The translations under genes were made by a program, and so were the position numbers. The notes beneath the pieces were generated by a model, which had not been told where the DNA came from, searched no databases, and saw only the letters and a program-made list of their open reading frames with translations. A DNA stretch of 64,000 nt from an uncultured Holophagales bacterium. GTDB lineage: Bacteria > Acidobacteriota > Thermoanaerobaculia > Multivoradales > UBA5704. Where the stretch lies: positions 32,001 to 96,000 of the forward strand of contig CAWJGT010000009.1 of NCBI GenBank assembly GCA_963842525.1, written 5' to 3'. Below, one piece after another: positions 9,700 through 20,531 of this stretch (its first letter is position 1; each line of letters starts with the position of its first letter).

Positions 9700-11343
9700 T
9701 CACGGCGCCAGCACCCCGGCGTCCCAAACGGTCTCGCCGCCGACCAGGGTGAGCAGGCTCACGGTCCCCGGCACCGCCGGCGGTGGGATGGTGAAGATGT
9801 CCTGGGAAAGCACCGCCAGGTCTGCGAGGTAGCCAGGCTTGATCGAGCCTTTCTGCCACTCCTGGAACTCGGCCTTGGCCGAGCCGCGGGTATAGGCCGT
9901 CACCGCCTGCTCCATGGTCAGCGCCTCCTCGGGGCGGGACGGATGGACCACCGCGAAGAACAGGTCGACGAAAGGGTTGGGTTGCGGGCTGTCGGAGCCG
10001 AAGGCGAGGTCGACGCCCGCGTCCAGCAGCGAGCGGAGCGGCTGGGCTTCCGCGGCGCGAGCGGGTCCCAACGGGGCCTCGAGCTCGAGGGTCAGATGGG
10101 TGGGATTCTGCACCACGATCACCCCCAGACGCCGCGCTTTGTCGAGGTGCTCGGGTTGGATCATGTCCCCGTGCTCGATACGCGGCCGCAGGAGGCGCCA
10201 GACCAGGTCAGGCGCCGCGCGGTCGAGCTCGCCCAATGCCTTGTCGATGGCCCGGTCGCCGAACGTGTGGACGATGAGCTGGTCACGGACAGGCAGCCCG
10301 AAGAGGCTGCGCCGGACGAGCCGGGTCAGTTGGCTGTTGGTGGCGTTGAAGCGACCCCTGCCGGGATGATCGGCGTAAGGCTCGCGGAGCGCGCCGCTGC
10401 GCTCCACCGGAGTGCCGTCGAGCAGCCACTTGATCCCCGACGAGGTCAGCCGGTCCGCGAGGTCGAAATGCGCCGGCCGGCAGGACTCTTCGAGCTCCAT
10501 CGGCACACACATCGTGCGCAGCCGGACCTTGAGATCGGCGCCGGCGAGAATCCTCTCGCTGCGCTCCTTGATCAACCCGATCGTCATCTCCTGGAGGGAG
10601 GTCACTCCGACCTGGGCGACGAGTGCCGTCAGGGCCTCGAACTGGGCTCGCAGCTCCGCGTCGGAGACACGCGCACGAAACGGGCGGACCAGACGGAAGA
10701 ATCCGTATTCGTGGATGACTCCATTGACGATGTTGGTCCCGGGGAAGCGGTCGTAGGCGCCGCCAAAAGGGTTGGGCTGGTTGGGGGCGATGCCTCCCGC
10801 CTCCATCGCACGGGTGTTGATCACCGCGCTGTGGGACGACCAGGTGAGGAGGATCACCGGATTGTCGGGCGCCACGGGATCGATCGCCAGCCGGGTGGCG
10901 GCCGGGTCGAGAATCAGCGTCTCGCCGACGAACGCCAGGATCCACTCGCCCGGCTCCGCCACCGCCACCGCCTGCGCGACCTGGTCGAGAGCCTCCGCCA
11001 GGGTCGGACCCGGGCCGGGGATGTTGATGGACGGCAGCGTCAGGCGAGGGAATCCCACCCCCAGGTGGGCATGGGAATCGTTGAACCCCGGCACCACCAC
11101 ACGTCCGGCGAGATCGATCGATCGGGTTCCCGGACCGGCCAGAGCCAGCACCGGTCCGTTGTCGCCGACCGCGACGATCCGCGAGCCGCGGATCGCGACC
11201 GCCTGCGCCCAAGGCCGGCCGGAGTCGACAGTGAAGATCTTGCCGTGGTGAAGGATGATGTCGGCCGCAGGGATGGCGAGCGCGGGGCTGGCGAGAAGAA
11301 GCAGGAGGAAGGGAGCGAGCAAAACGAAGGACGTCCGGCGCAT
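9700..11343 (-). CDS. Secreted amidohydrolase family 3 (YtcJ-like)
   Basis: Signal peptide MRRTSFVLL...ALA; PGFNDSHAH, HTFGDRA, RIEHGD, FGSD, GSIKPGYLADLAVL. Confidence 0.9.
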   Translation of the reverse strand: MRRTSFVLLAPFLLLLLASPALAIPAADIILHHGKIFTVDSGRPWAQAVAIRGSRIVAVGDNGPVLALAGPGTRSIDLAGRVVVPGFNDSHAHLGVGFPRLTLPSINIPGPGPTLAEALDQVAQAVAVAEPGEWILAFVGETLILDPAATRLAIDPVAPDNPVILLTWSSHSAVINTRAMEAGGIAPNQPNPFGGAYDRFPGTNIVNGVIHEYGFFRLVRPFRARVSDAELRAQFEALTALVAQVGVTSLQEMTIGLIKERSERILAGADLKVRLRTMCVPMELEESCRPAHFDLADRLTSSGIKWLLDGTPVERSGALREPYADHPGRGRFNATNSQLTRLVRRSLFGLPVRDQLIVHTFGDRAIDKALGELDRAAPDLVWRLLRPRIEHGDMIQPEHLDKARRLGVIVVQNPTHLTLELEAPLGPARAAEAQPLRSLLDAGVDLAFGSDSPQPNPFVDLFFAVVHPSRPEEALTMEQAVTAYTRGSAKAEFQEWQKGSIKPGYLADLAVLSQDIFTIPPPAVPGTVSLLTLVGGETVWDAGVLAP

Positions 11344-11439
11344 GATGCGAGTCTCCTTTCTGTGGCCCTCAACCAGAAAGGTGCGCCTGCGAGCCTGAGC
11401 GGGCCGCCGGAAGAACGGCGAACCACTCACGCCCTCAGG

Positions 11440-11628
11440 AAGGACACCCAGATCCGTCCCATCCTGGAATCCCGCTGCAGTCCCTGCCACTTCGCAGGCG
11501 GCAAGATGTACCAGCAGCTCCCCTTCGACCGGCCGGAGACCATCCGCAAGCTCGGGGACAAGATGTTCACCCGCATCAAGGACCCGAAGGAGCAGGAGCT
11601 GCTGCGGGCCTTTCTGGCGGAACGGTAG
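11440..11628 (+). pseudogene. C-terminal remnant of a small c-type cytochrome-like protein
   Basis: QIRPILESRCSPCHFAGGKMY...LPFDRPETIRKLG contains CxxCH with strong GC3 codon bias. No start codon or signal peptide is evident. Confidence 0.55.
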
Positions 11629-11629
11629 C

Positions 11630-13484
11630 CTACCGCCGGAGCACCTCGATCAAGCTCCCCGCCTCGGCGGCGAGGTCCGAGCCGCCGGGAAAGAAACCGT
11701 TTTCCGTCGTCCACCAATCTGTATAGCGGCGGAGCTGACGCACGGTCGAATCGAGAGGGAAGCAGTCGCCGTTGGCGTGGTCTCTCACGCAGAGCTCCAT
11801 GTCTTCGAGGATCTCGGCCGCCGCGTCCGTGCGCCGGGGTTGGCCGGCCAGCGGCGCGAGCAGGTAGAGCTCGGCGAGCGAGCCGCGAGCCCAGAAATCG
11901 TTCGGCTTCTTGCCGTCGATCTCCGCCGCCGCCAGCGCGGCGTACCAGTGGCCTGGGTTGCGGATCTTTCCTTCGAGCACTGACTCCAGGGAAAGGTGCT
12001 GAACTCCGGTCCAGTGATGGGAGAGGTTGTGCTCGTACCCCCTCTTGTACCAGAGGCGGGAACGGTTGAGGGCGTCCTGCATCTTTTGCCGCCGTTCGTC
12101 GCTGGGGATTCGCGTGCCGCACGTGAAGTGCAGCTCGGCCAGGCGCTTTTCGGCGCTTCCCAGCAGCCCCAGGTTTTCTTCGAGCACTCCTCCTCGCGCG
12201 TGTCCGGCCGTATCGTTCAGGAAGTCTTCGAGTGCCTTGATACATCCTTGCAGGTGGCTCGCGACGTCATCGAACTGCGCCGGATCGGCGCAGGTGCTCG
12301 CCACGAGCGCGTCGGACCAGGCCTGCGCGATTTTCAGCGAGGACAGGACCGCTTCCAGCCGCACCTCCTTCAGGTGCTCCGCATAACCTTCGGGCAGGCG
12401 TACGTAGCCGACGAGGCTGGCCCAGTCGTGACCGGTCCGATGGCGATTCTCGTACAAGGCTGCACGCGCTTCATGGAGCGCCGTCCTGACGTCTCGGCCG
12501 GCGAGCAACGCGCCATAGAAGCGTTCGACCATGAGGTTGGATCCGGACACGGTGAGCGGGAGCTGTGAAGCCACGACGACAGGAAATCCCGAGACATGGA
12601 GCTGGTGCGCGATGCTCTTTTCCGGCGCGAGAGTATTGGTCAGGTTTGCCGCGTCGCACGTCGCCATCGTCACCACGACCGTCCGGCCGCACAGCGGAGC
12701 GAGGGCCTCCGTGAGGGTCTCCGGGGTGACCGCTTGCAGCTCGTTGTTCTCGTCGTGCAGCGCCATGCCGAAACGCTGCCGGTGGGCGCGCCCGACGGGA
12801 TAGCCGTGCGCCAGGATGTGCACGTGAGTGAAAGGTTTTTGCGTCGCAACGGAGTCCGCGCAGGCCTTCTGGAGCGAGGCGATGCCGGTCTGCTCCAGGA
12901 CGGTGAGCGCGTCGGTCGCCACTCCTTGCTGCAGCGGCATCCACGGCTTCAGGGCGGCGCGCAGGGCCTCCTCGTGTGCGCGATATGGCACGTCGACGCC
13001 GGCCCCCGAAGGACAGGCCCAGGCGAACAGGATCCGCGGCCTCGCCGGCCAGCGCACGGCGGTCTCCGCGAAGTCGTGGCGTACGCGGCGCGTGAGCCTC
13101 GACGACGGGCCGCTCCTCCCGGACCAGCAGCGGCTGGCCTGCGCCGTCGGTGACCGTCTCGAACGGGAGGGCAGCCAACTCGGCGGCATTGACGACGAGG
13201 TCCAACTGGAGCGGGGTCTCGCTGTCTTCGAGCTCCTGGAGGCTTCCGACGCCCAGGATGGAGGTGACGACCTCGCCGATCTCCTTCAGGGCGGCCGTGC
13301 GCGCTTCGCCTCCCGCCTGGTATCGCAGGCCGAGCATGTGATCGAGGAGGTCGACCTGATCGAGCGGCATCTTGAATTCGCGAACGGGGTGGGCGGCGGC
13401 GGCGATGAGATAGGGGTCGCCCTTGCGCAAGGCGCCGGTCTCGAGATCGTTGAAGCGATGGAACTCGACGAGCAGGGATTTCAT
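11630..13484 (-). CDS. CHAT (caspase-like) domain protein with C-terminal TPR-S/TRAF-binding-like helical domain; frameshift near 13100
   Basis: ELAALPFE, HVHILAHG (catalytic His), TMATCD (catalytic Cys), VVASQLP, FYGAL..G, DWASLV. C-terminal LGLLGSAEKR...FWARGSLAELYLL. Confidence 0.82.
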
Positions 13485-13494
13485 AAAGCTGTCC

Positions 13495-14566
13495 TCAGCG
13501 CCATTCGAGCGCCATTCCATCTTCGCCGGGAGGCGGGAACACGGTGGTGTAGCCGTAGGCGTCGCGCAGCGGTTTGCTGTCCCAGACGGTGTTGTAGCTC
13601 GTGCGGTAGTTGAACCTCAGCTCGGGCTGCGGCCCTCCAAATTTGATCACGCGCGCCACGGCTTCCTGGTCCGGGTGCTTGAAATACGATCCATTGGTCG
13701 AGATCAGGTACATGTTGCAGTCGAGCGCGCGCAGCATCGCGGGGCTGACGTTCGACTTGCTGCCGTGATGGGAGACCTTGCACGCGTCGAAGGCGACTTT
13801 CGCCCCTCCGCCGAGGCGGTCGAGACCGGCTTTGAGGACGCTCGGGTGGGCGTCGGCGGAGAGGAGAAGGCGGCGGCCCTCGTATTCCGCCAGCAGCGCG
13901 ATGCTGCTCCCGTTCGCCGCCGCCTTGTCTTCGGAGAACGGCACCTGCGCCAGCTCGTCGACGTCGGGAGGGCCGCCGAGCAGCTCGAAGCCTTCGGCGG
14001 ACTCGACCTCCTCCGGCCGCTCCATGTTGGGATCGAGCCCGGCCTTGCGCATCTCGTCCTCCCACTTGGGCTTGAGGTCGGCGAGCCGGTCCGGTGTCGG
14101 GGAAAGCAGTGTCAAGACGAGCCCGCCTTCGAGCTCGACCCGTGGCAGGCTCCCGTGCGCCGGCACCATGGCGGCGGCCTTGTCAAAGGCGCTGTTCCAC
14201 CGGATTCCGGGTTTGACGAGCAGATCGGTCAGCCGTTCCCCGTGGATCGGCCCGAGGGTCTCGGGGGCTTCGTCGGGGAGGTGGCGAAAGCCGTTGAACC
14301 AGATGTCGTTGGCGCGAAACCCCGTCGCCCCGTCTTCGAGGAAGCTCCAGGGCGCCCGCGATGTGATCGGCGTCGATGTGGGTGACCACCAGGAGCTCGA
14401 AGCGGCGCTTGTCGTCGGGCAGCGTCTGGAGCTTCGGGCGCAAGGCTTTCTTGTAGGTCCCCTTGGTCCCTCCGTCGATGAGGACGCGGCGTGGGTTCCC
14501 GGGGTCGCCATACTCGATCCACAGGCAGTCGCCATGTCCCGCGGGCAGCATCTCGAGCTTCAGCAT
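13495..14566 (-). CDS. MBL-fold metallo-hydrolase (ComEC/Rec2-like, Avs1a-like); frameshift near 14350
   Basis: AGHGDC, LIDGG, THIDADHIAG, NGSSIA, KVSHHGS..N, ISTNG..FKHP. Confidence 0.85.
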
Positions 14567-14618
14567 GGACCCTCCTTTTTGAATCGTAGGGTCCACGGTA
14601 CCACGACGCCTGCCGGCG

Positions 14619-15809
14619 CTACTTGACCAGCTCCAGGACCTCGCTGCGCACGGTCTTCACCATGTCCGGCAGCAGGTCGGAGTGATACCGGGCAAGCCGC
14701 CCGTCGCGGCCGATGATCACGAGGCTGGGGAGGCCGGGGTTGTGAAAGGCGGAGAAGGCTTCGTTGCCCTGGTCGAGGAGGACGGGGAGCTCGAGCTTCC
14801 TGGAGCGGAGGAATTCGACGGCCAGGCGGCGCTGCTCCTCGGGGTCCTTGGTGTTCTCCAGCGTGTTCAGGGCGAAGACCTTGACGGGGAGGCCGGACGA
14901 CCTGGCCCAGGCGGCCAGCTCGGCAGTGTGTCCCAGAGCCGTCCAGCAGGGCACGCACCAAGTCGCCCAGAAGTCCAGGATGACGACCGAGCCATGGAGG
15001 TCGCCAGGCCGCACCGTGCCGCCTTCGAGGGCCCGGACGGCCACCTTCGGCGCCGGCTGGCCCAGGGGATAGCTGCTCGCTTCGAGCGCGGCCAGGGTCG
15101 GCACCGCGGTCCGTCCGGCGAGGTCTGGAAACGCGGCAGCGGCGCCCGGATCTCCGGCGGTGAAGATGAAGCGGCCGGAGGCGCGCACCTGCTGTTTCCC
15201 CTCTCCCAGGGCCAGATGGGCTTCTCGCAGGCGGTGGGTTGATGGATCGAGGCCGATCGTGACCTGTCCGTTGGCCGCTCGCAGCGTCACTTGCAGGGGC
15301 TCCGGCTGGAAGGCGACGATCTCCAGGGGAGCCAGGATGCCGAACCGCAGGGCCGCGAGGAAGCCGTCGAAGTCGCCCCCTTGCCCGGCCACGACGGCCG
15401 GCGGCGAAGCCAACTGGGCCTGCTCGCCGCCCATCCGGTGCAAGGCGTCCGCGAAGTCCCCTTGATAGGAGACCTCGGCGTAGCGCCCGTCGACGTTGAA
15501 TTGCGTCCCGATCAAACGCCCCTTCCGGGCGACGAACCGCATGACCTCCTTCCCGCCGGAAAAGATCGACAGGAACGCCTCGCCGTTCTTCCCTACGCCG
15601 TACTCCTGCTTCTTGGGCTCGCGGCGCCCGTCGGGCAGCTCCAGCGCGAAGTCGAAGGCCTCGTGGAAGGCCCCGGCCTGGCGATAGGAAGAGCGCGCCG
15701 TCTCCAGGGCTGCCTTGGCCTGCTCGATGTCGCCTGGAGCGGCAGCCTCCAAAAGGCAGGGGGAGAGCAGGGCGAGGGCAAAGACGGCGAGACGGCGCGG
15801 CACGTTCAT
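14619..15809 (-). CDS. Secreted TlpA/ResA-like thioredoxin-domain protein
   Basis: Signal peptide; C-terminal ILDFWATWCVPC and GLPSLVIIGRDG. Confidence 0.85.
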   Translation of the reverse strand: MNVPRRLAVFALALLSPCLLEAAAPGDIEQAKAALETARSSYRQAGAFHEAFDFALELPDGRREPKKQEYGVGKNGEAFLSIFSGGKEVMRFVARKGRLIGTQFNVDGRYAEVSYQGDFADALHRMGGEQAQLASPPAVVAGQGGDFDGFLAALRFGILAPLEIVAFQPEPLQVTLRAANGQVTIGLDPSTHRLREAHLALGEGKQQVRASGRFIFTAGDPGAAAAFPDLAGRTAVPTLAALEASSYPLGQPAPKVAVRALEGGTVRPGDLHGSVVILDFWATWCVPCWTALGHTAELAAWARSSGLPVKVFALNTLENTKDPEEQRRLAVEFLRSRKLELPVLLDQGNEAFSAFHNPGLPSLVIIGRDGRLARYHSDLLPDMVKTVRSEVLELVK

Positions 15810-15880
15810 AGGCAGCTCCCTTCAAAGGGGTTCTGCCGATCCTACGGGAATACCGAGGTGGAGGTTTCGCCGCGTCCAGC

Positions 15881-17257
15881 TTACAGACCCACCCCCGACC
15901 GTCGGATCAGCTCCGCCAGGCAGCGGCCGGACTCGCGGAGGATCTCTTCGAGGTCCAGCTCCGTGAGCCTGCCGTCTTCCACCAGGAGACGGCCGCCGAC
16001 GATCACGTGGCGGACGGCGGCGCGGGAGGCGCCGAAGGCCACCACGTCGTGCGGATCGGCCTGGGGAGAGGCCCACATTTCGGGGCGGTCAGTTGCCAGG
16101 ACGACGAGGTCGGCGCTTTTGCCAGGCTCGATCGTGCCGATCTCGTCGTCGAGGCCGAGGGCGCGGGCCCCTTCGCTGGTGGCGAGGCGCAGGGCGTCGA
16201 GGCCCGAGAAGGCTTCGGGGCCGTGCTTGAGCTTCTGGAGGAGGGCGGCGAGGCGCAGCTCGTGGAAGTTGTCCAGGTGGTTGCTGCAGGCGGCGCCGTC
16301 GCAGCCGATGCCGACCGGCACGCCGGCGCGGCGGATCGCGAGCAGGTCGGCGATGCCCGAGCCGAGCTTCAGGTTCGAGCTGGGGCAGTGGACGACGCTG
16401 AAGCGACCCTCCCGCTGACCCTGCACCCGTTCGAGGTGCTCGCGGGTGAGCCAGACGCCGTGGGCGAGGCGCAGGTCCGCGGCGAGCACGCCCTGGTCCG
16501 CGAAGTATTCGATCTCGTCCCGGCCGTCCTTGATCTCGCGGACCGCCTGGGTCTCGTCTTGCTGCTCGAGGGCGTGGGTGTGGATCGGCCAGCCGCGGCG
16601 GTGGGCGAGGTCGCGGATCCCCTTCCAGAGCGGATCGGAGCAGGTGAGGATGAAGCGCGGGTTCAGGACATAGCGCAGCCGGCCTTCGGCCGCGCCGTCG
16701 AATCCGTCGCCCATCTCCTCGGCCGTGGCCAGGACCGCGTCGGTCGGCTGGCGCATGGAAGCGGGGAGGGCGTCGCCGGAGTCCATCAGGCAGGGGCCCG
16801 CGAAGGCGCGCAGGCCGGAGTGCTCGATGGCCCGGAGCAGGCCGCGGGCCCCTGGTCCGATGCCGATGTCCTGAATCGTCGTGGTGCCGCTCAGGAGGCA
16901 TTCGGCGGCGCCGAGCAGGCTGCACCAGTATGCGCTCTCGTCGTCGTGGGCGGCTTCGAGCGGCCAGATCCGCTCGCGCAGCCAGGCGAGCAGCCGCCGG
17001 CCTTCGGCAAGGCCGCGGAAGAACGTCTGCCCCAGGTGGAGGTGCCCCTGCACGAGGCCGGGCAGGACGAGGCAGCCGGAGACGTCCAGAACCCGTGTCC
17101 CCGGTGGTGCTTCCGGCCGGCCGAGGGAGGCGATCCGGCCGTCCCGCACCAGGAGGTCGGCTCCCGGCAGGACCGTGGCGCCGGCGTCCAGGGTCAGGAC
17201 CGTGCCTCCGCGCAGGAGGAGCTGGGACGAGGCCGGAGGCGGTTCGGCGAAGATCAT
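15881..17257 (-). CDS. Amidohydrolase-family nucleoside/purine deaminase (MtaD/SsnA-like)
   Basis: PGLVQGHLH, HTHALE, LAHGVW, HCPSSNLKLGSG, GIGCDG..C.N, GTIEPGKSADLV. Confidence 0.88.
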   Translation of the reverse strand: MIFAEPPPASSQLLLRGGTVLTLDAGATVLPGADLLVRDGRIASLGRPEAPPGTRVLDVSGCLVLPGLVQGHLHLGQTFFRGLAEGRRLLAWLRERIWPLEAAHDDESAYWCSLLGAAECLLSGTTTIQDIGIGPGARGLLRAIEHSGLRAFAGPCLMDSGDALPASMRQPTDAVLATAEEMGDGFDGAAEGRLRYVLNPRFILTCSDPLWKGIRDLAHRRGWPIHTHALEQQDETQAVREIKDGRDEIEYFADQGVLAADLRLAHGVWLTREHLERVQGQREGRFSVVHCPSSNLKLGSGIADLLAIRRAGVPVGIGCDGAACSNHLDNFHELRLAALLQKLKHGPEAFSGLDALRLATSEGARALGLDDEIGTIEPGKSADLVVLATDRPEMWASPQADPHDVVAFGASRAAVRHVIVGGRLLVEDGRLTELDLEEILRESGRCLAELIRRSGVGL

Positions 17258-17350
17258 GGCTCTCCCGAAAGGTTTCGAGGCCGCGGAGCATCCTATATCG
17301 GCGACCTCTCGTTGACGCACATCCGTTGACCACCGTAGGGTAGAGCCGCT

Positions 17351-18044
17351 TTGAACGATCTGGAGCAGGAAGGCATTCTCGGGCTGGACAACATCCGTCT
17401 CGAGCTTCCCCATCGCGGGGGTGGGCAGCCGTACGCTCGCCGGGTCCATCGACTACTTCGTGCTGGCCGTCCTCCTCTTCATCTGGCTGATCCTCTGGGG
17501 GTTTCTGTTCGCCCGGCGCGGCACGTGGATGGTGGCCCTCCTCGTCTTCGGTCTGTTCCTGCTCGAATGGGGGTATTTCGCGTTCTCCGAGATCGCCACG
17601 GGCGGGCGGACGCTGGGCAAGATGGCGGTCAAGCTGCGCGTGGTCACGGCCGAAGGCGGGAGCCCGAGCACCGGCGCTCTCCTCGCCCGCAATCTGGTGC
17701 GCAGCCTGGACCTGGTGTTCGGCGTGCCGCTGATGGCGATCGATCCCCTGTCGCGGCGCCTCGGGGACCGGCTGGTCGGCACGCTCGTGGTCCACGACCG
17801 CAAGGTGGCGGCGGCACCGCTCATCGGGCGTGTGCCTCCGGGCTGGGGACCGCGCGAGCTGGCCGCGGTCGAATCCTTTCTGGTCCGGGCGCGGGAGCTG
17901 GAGGCCTCGGGACGCCTGTCGGAGATGGCGGACCACATCCTCGACCGTCTGCGGCGCGACGCTCCCGAGCTCCTGGCCGGCCTCGACACGCGGCGGCATC
18001 CGGTGGAGGTGATCCGCCGGGCCCTCCAGGTGGAGGAGGCCTGA
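17351..18044 (+). CDS. RDD family membrane protein; frameshift near 17415
   Basis: LELP/AGVGSR.LA..ID, GRTLGK...LRVV, RNLVR, RRLGD.LVGTLVV. Confidence 0.85.
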
Positions 18045-19027
18045 TGGACTATGCGCGCTTCATCCGGCTCCGGCGGCCGCTCTGGGAGCGCTTCGAGGCC
18101 CAGCTCGCGGCGGCGCGGCGCAGCCTCCGGCGGTTGAGCCATGCAGGCCTGGAGGAGATGGCGCTCTCCTATCGCCAGGTGCTGCACGATCACGCCCTGG
18201 CGGCCTCCCGCTATCCGGGCACGGCGGCGGCCGGACGGCTGCGCGCCCTCGCCGTCGAGGGGACGCGCCGCCTGGTGGTCGGCCGCACGGACGGCGCAGG
18301 TGGGCTCCGGGCCTTCTTCGGCCGCACGTTTCCGCGGGCCTTCAGGCGGCAGCTCGATCTGCTCGGGGTCACCGTGGCCCTCTTCGTGCTCGCGGCCCTG
18401 TGGGGACTCGCCATCACGGCGATGCGGCCGGGGCTGGGCATCCAGTTCCTCGGCCCGGGCGCTGTGGAGGGGTTGGAGGAGGGGCGGCTGTGGACGGAGT
18501 CGCTGGTGAGCACGGTGCCGCCGTCGCTCTCCTCGTCGGCGATCGCCAGGAACAACATCTCCGTGGCGCTGGGTGCGTGGAGCGGCGGGATCCTGGCCGG
18601 TATCGTGCCGCTCTACATCGTGCTGCTCAACGGCCTTCTCCTGGGCTCGGTCATCGGCCTGACGCTCCACTATTCGATGGCCGGCGAGCTGCTGGAGTTC
18701 GTCTCGGCGCACGGGCCGCTGGAGATGACGCTGATCCTGGTCACCGCGGCGGCGGGCCTCGGCATCGGCCGCGCGCTGGTCGCCGCCGGAGACCGCCCGC
18801 GATCGGCGGCCCTGCGCGAGGCTGCGCGGGACGCCCTGACGGTCCTGCTGGGTTGTCTCCCCTGGTTCGTCGTGCTGGCGCTGGTCGAGGTGCTCGTGTC
18901 GCCCTCGCCCGAGCTGCCGGCTGCCCTGAAACTCGCCGTCGGGATCTCGCTGGAAGCCCTCTTCCTTTCCCTGGCGGCTCTGCCCAGCCGTTCCTTGGAG
19001 GACCATGAGCGAACCGATCCAGCATGA
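18044..19027 (+). CDS. Stage II sporulation protein M (DUF95) family membrane protein
   Basis: MDYARFI...W..FE, NNISVAL, NGLLLG, HGPLE motifs. Coupled to the RDD gene. Confidence 0.87.
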   Translation: MDYARFIRLRRPLWERFEAQLAAARRSLRRLSHAGLEEMALSYRQVLHDHALAASRYPGTAAAGRLRALAVEGTRRLVVGRTDGAGGLRAFFGRTFPRAFRRQLDLLGVTVALFVLAALWGLAITAMRPGLGIQFLGPGAVEGLEEGRLWTESLVSTVPPSLSSSAIARNNISVALGAWSGGILAGIVPLYIVLLNGLLLGSVIGLTLHYSMAGELLEFVSAHGPLEMTLILVTAAAGLGIGRALVAAGDRPRSAALREAARDALTVLLGCLPWFVVLALVEVLVSPSPELPAALKLAVGISLEALFLSLAALPSRSLEDHERTDPA

Positions 19028-19910
19028 GGCGGCACGGACCACCCCGATGCCTTTCCGGATGCTCCTCGACGAGGCGATGCGCCGGACGCGCCGCCATATC
19101 CGCCGGATCTATCCCGCGGTGGCCGTGCCGGTCGCCCTGGCGGCCGTGGTCACCAACATCGTCCAGGTTTTCTGGTTCCAGCGCATCGTGGCCGAGACCG
19201 GAATGGAGCAGCTCAGCTTCTGGAGCCCCGAGAGCATCCTGATGACGCTCGTGAATCTCTTCGTGGTGATCGTCGGCACGACCGCCATGCAGAAAGCCGC
19301 TGTCGATGTGACCGCGGGCCGTCCGGTAGTCATGGGGGAGGCCTGGCGTTTCGCGGTCCGTCCGGTGGTCCTGGTCACGCTCCTCCTGCAGTTCCTGGCC
19401 GTCGCAGCCTCGGCGATTCTCTGCCTCGTGCCGGTCCTCTACGTCGCTCCTCTGCTCTCGTTCACGGCGCCGATCATGGTGGACGAGGGGGTCTTCGGGG
19501 GCCGCGCCCTGTCGCGCAGCGCCGAGCTGACCCGCTACAACCCCGAGCGGCGGTTCTTCGAGATGCCTCTGGTGAAGGTCCTCATCCTCCAGATCGTGGG
19601 GGTCGTGATCAGTTATGCAGTGATTGCGGTGGTGACTCTCCCCTTCCAGATCCCGATGTTGATCGGCATGGTCCGGCAGGCGATGGCCGGTCGGGAGCCC
19701 GACCCGTCGCAGATGGTGTCCTGGATGTGGCTCCAGGTGCCGTCTCAGTTCCTGCAGTCGCTGGTCACCCTCGCGGTCTCCCTCTACGTGTCCTTCGGGT
19801 TGGCCCTGCTTTTCTTCGATACGCGCAACCGCAAGGAGGGCACCGACCTGGCCGCGGAGATCCATGCCGTGTTCGGGCCGGGCGCACCGGCGGGGGAGCC
19901 GGCTCCCTGA
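19005..19910 (+). CDS. Integral membrane protein of the MoxR/DUF58 operon
   Basis: Multiple TM segments, ALSRSAEL, and FFDTRNRKEGTDL, typical of this operon slot. Confidence 0.75.
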   Translation: MSEPIQHEAARTTPMPFRMLLDEAMRRTRRHIRRIYPAVAVPVALAAVVTNIVQVFWFQRIVAETGMEQLSFWSPESILMTLVNLFVVIVGTTAMQKAAVDVTAGRPVVMGEAWRFAVRPVVLVTLLLQFLAVAASAILCLVPVLYVAPLLSFTAPIMVDEGVFGGRALSRSAELTRYNPERRFFEMPLVKVLILQIVGVVISYAVIAVVTLPFQIPMLIGMVRQAMAGREPDPSQMVSWMWLQVPSQFLQSLVTLAVSLYVSFGLALLFFDTRNRKEGTDLAAEIHAVFGPGAPAGEPAP

Positions 19911-20531
19911 TCCGCGCCGTGCCGGCCGACCACGCGCTCGTCGAGCGCCTGCTGGCGCAGACCGGGGTCGAGCGGGACCCGGTGCCGCCGCAGCCCTCGT
20001 ATCTGGCCGAGGTCTACCGGACGTTCCTGCGGGCGCTGATGGAGCTGGTCGAGCGTGGCAGCCGGGCTCTGCGCCTGGACCGGGACGTCCTGCTCTGGAT
20101 CGTCGTGGCTCTCGCGGTGCTTGTCCTGGCCCTGGTGGCTCGCGCGCTGCTGCCCCGTCTCCGCCGCCGGAGCCAGGAGGCTGGCGCGCCGGAGGTCGTC
20201 AGCCGTGACCTCCCGCCGGCAGATTGGGATGCCGCGGCCTGGCGTGCCGAGCTGGAGCGCTGCCTCGCCGAGGAGCGGATCCGTGACGCCTTGCGCGCCG
20301 CCTGGTGGTGGCTGGCCCGCTCGGTCGCCGGAGCCCAGGTGGCGCCGGACTGGACCAGCCGTGAGCCTCCTGGCGCGGACACCGCGGCGTGATCTGCGCC
20401 ATCTTCGCGACATTCTCAGGCGGCTCGACCTCCTCACCTACGGCGCGGACCGCCCCGGCCTCACCGATCTGCGGCACCTTTCCGAGGAGATCGAGCGGAT
20501 CGCGCTGCCGCCGCGGGGAGGCATCGCATGA
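19907..20531 (+). CDS. DUF4129-like membrane protein; frameshift near 20365
   Basis: TM helix, then ALRAAWW...PDWTSRE and LTYG. Conserved position in the operon. Confidence 0.65.

Noticed and set aside
8292-9860. Overlapping ORFs in the second repeat array
   Set aside because: They translate the same repeats in several frames. Only ~8330-8430 might be a gene fragment, and it could not be assigned.
9943-11440. 561-aa plus-strand ORF
   Set aside because: It is antisense to the amidohydrolase; only the last ~60 codons look coding.
17351-19027. RDD-SpoIIM fusion (558 aa)
   Set aside because: Artefact of a frameshift near 17415. The two genes are separate with a TGATG overlap.
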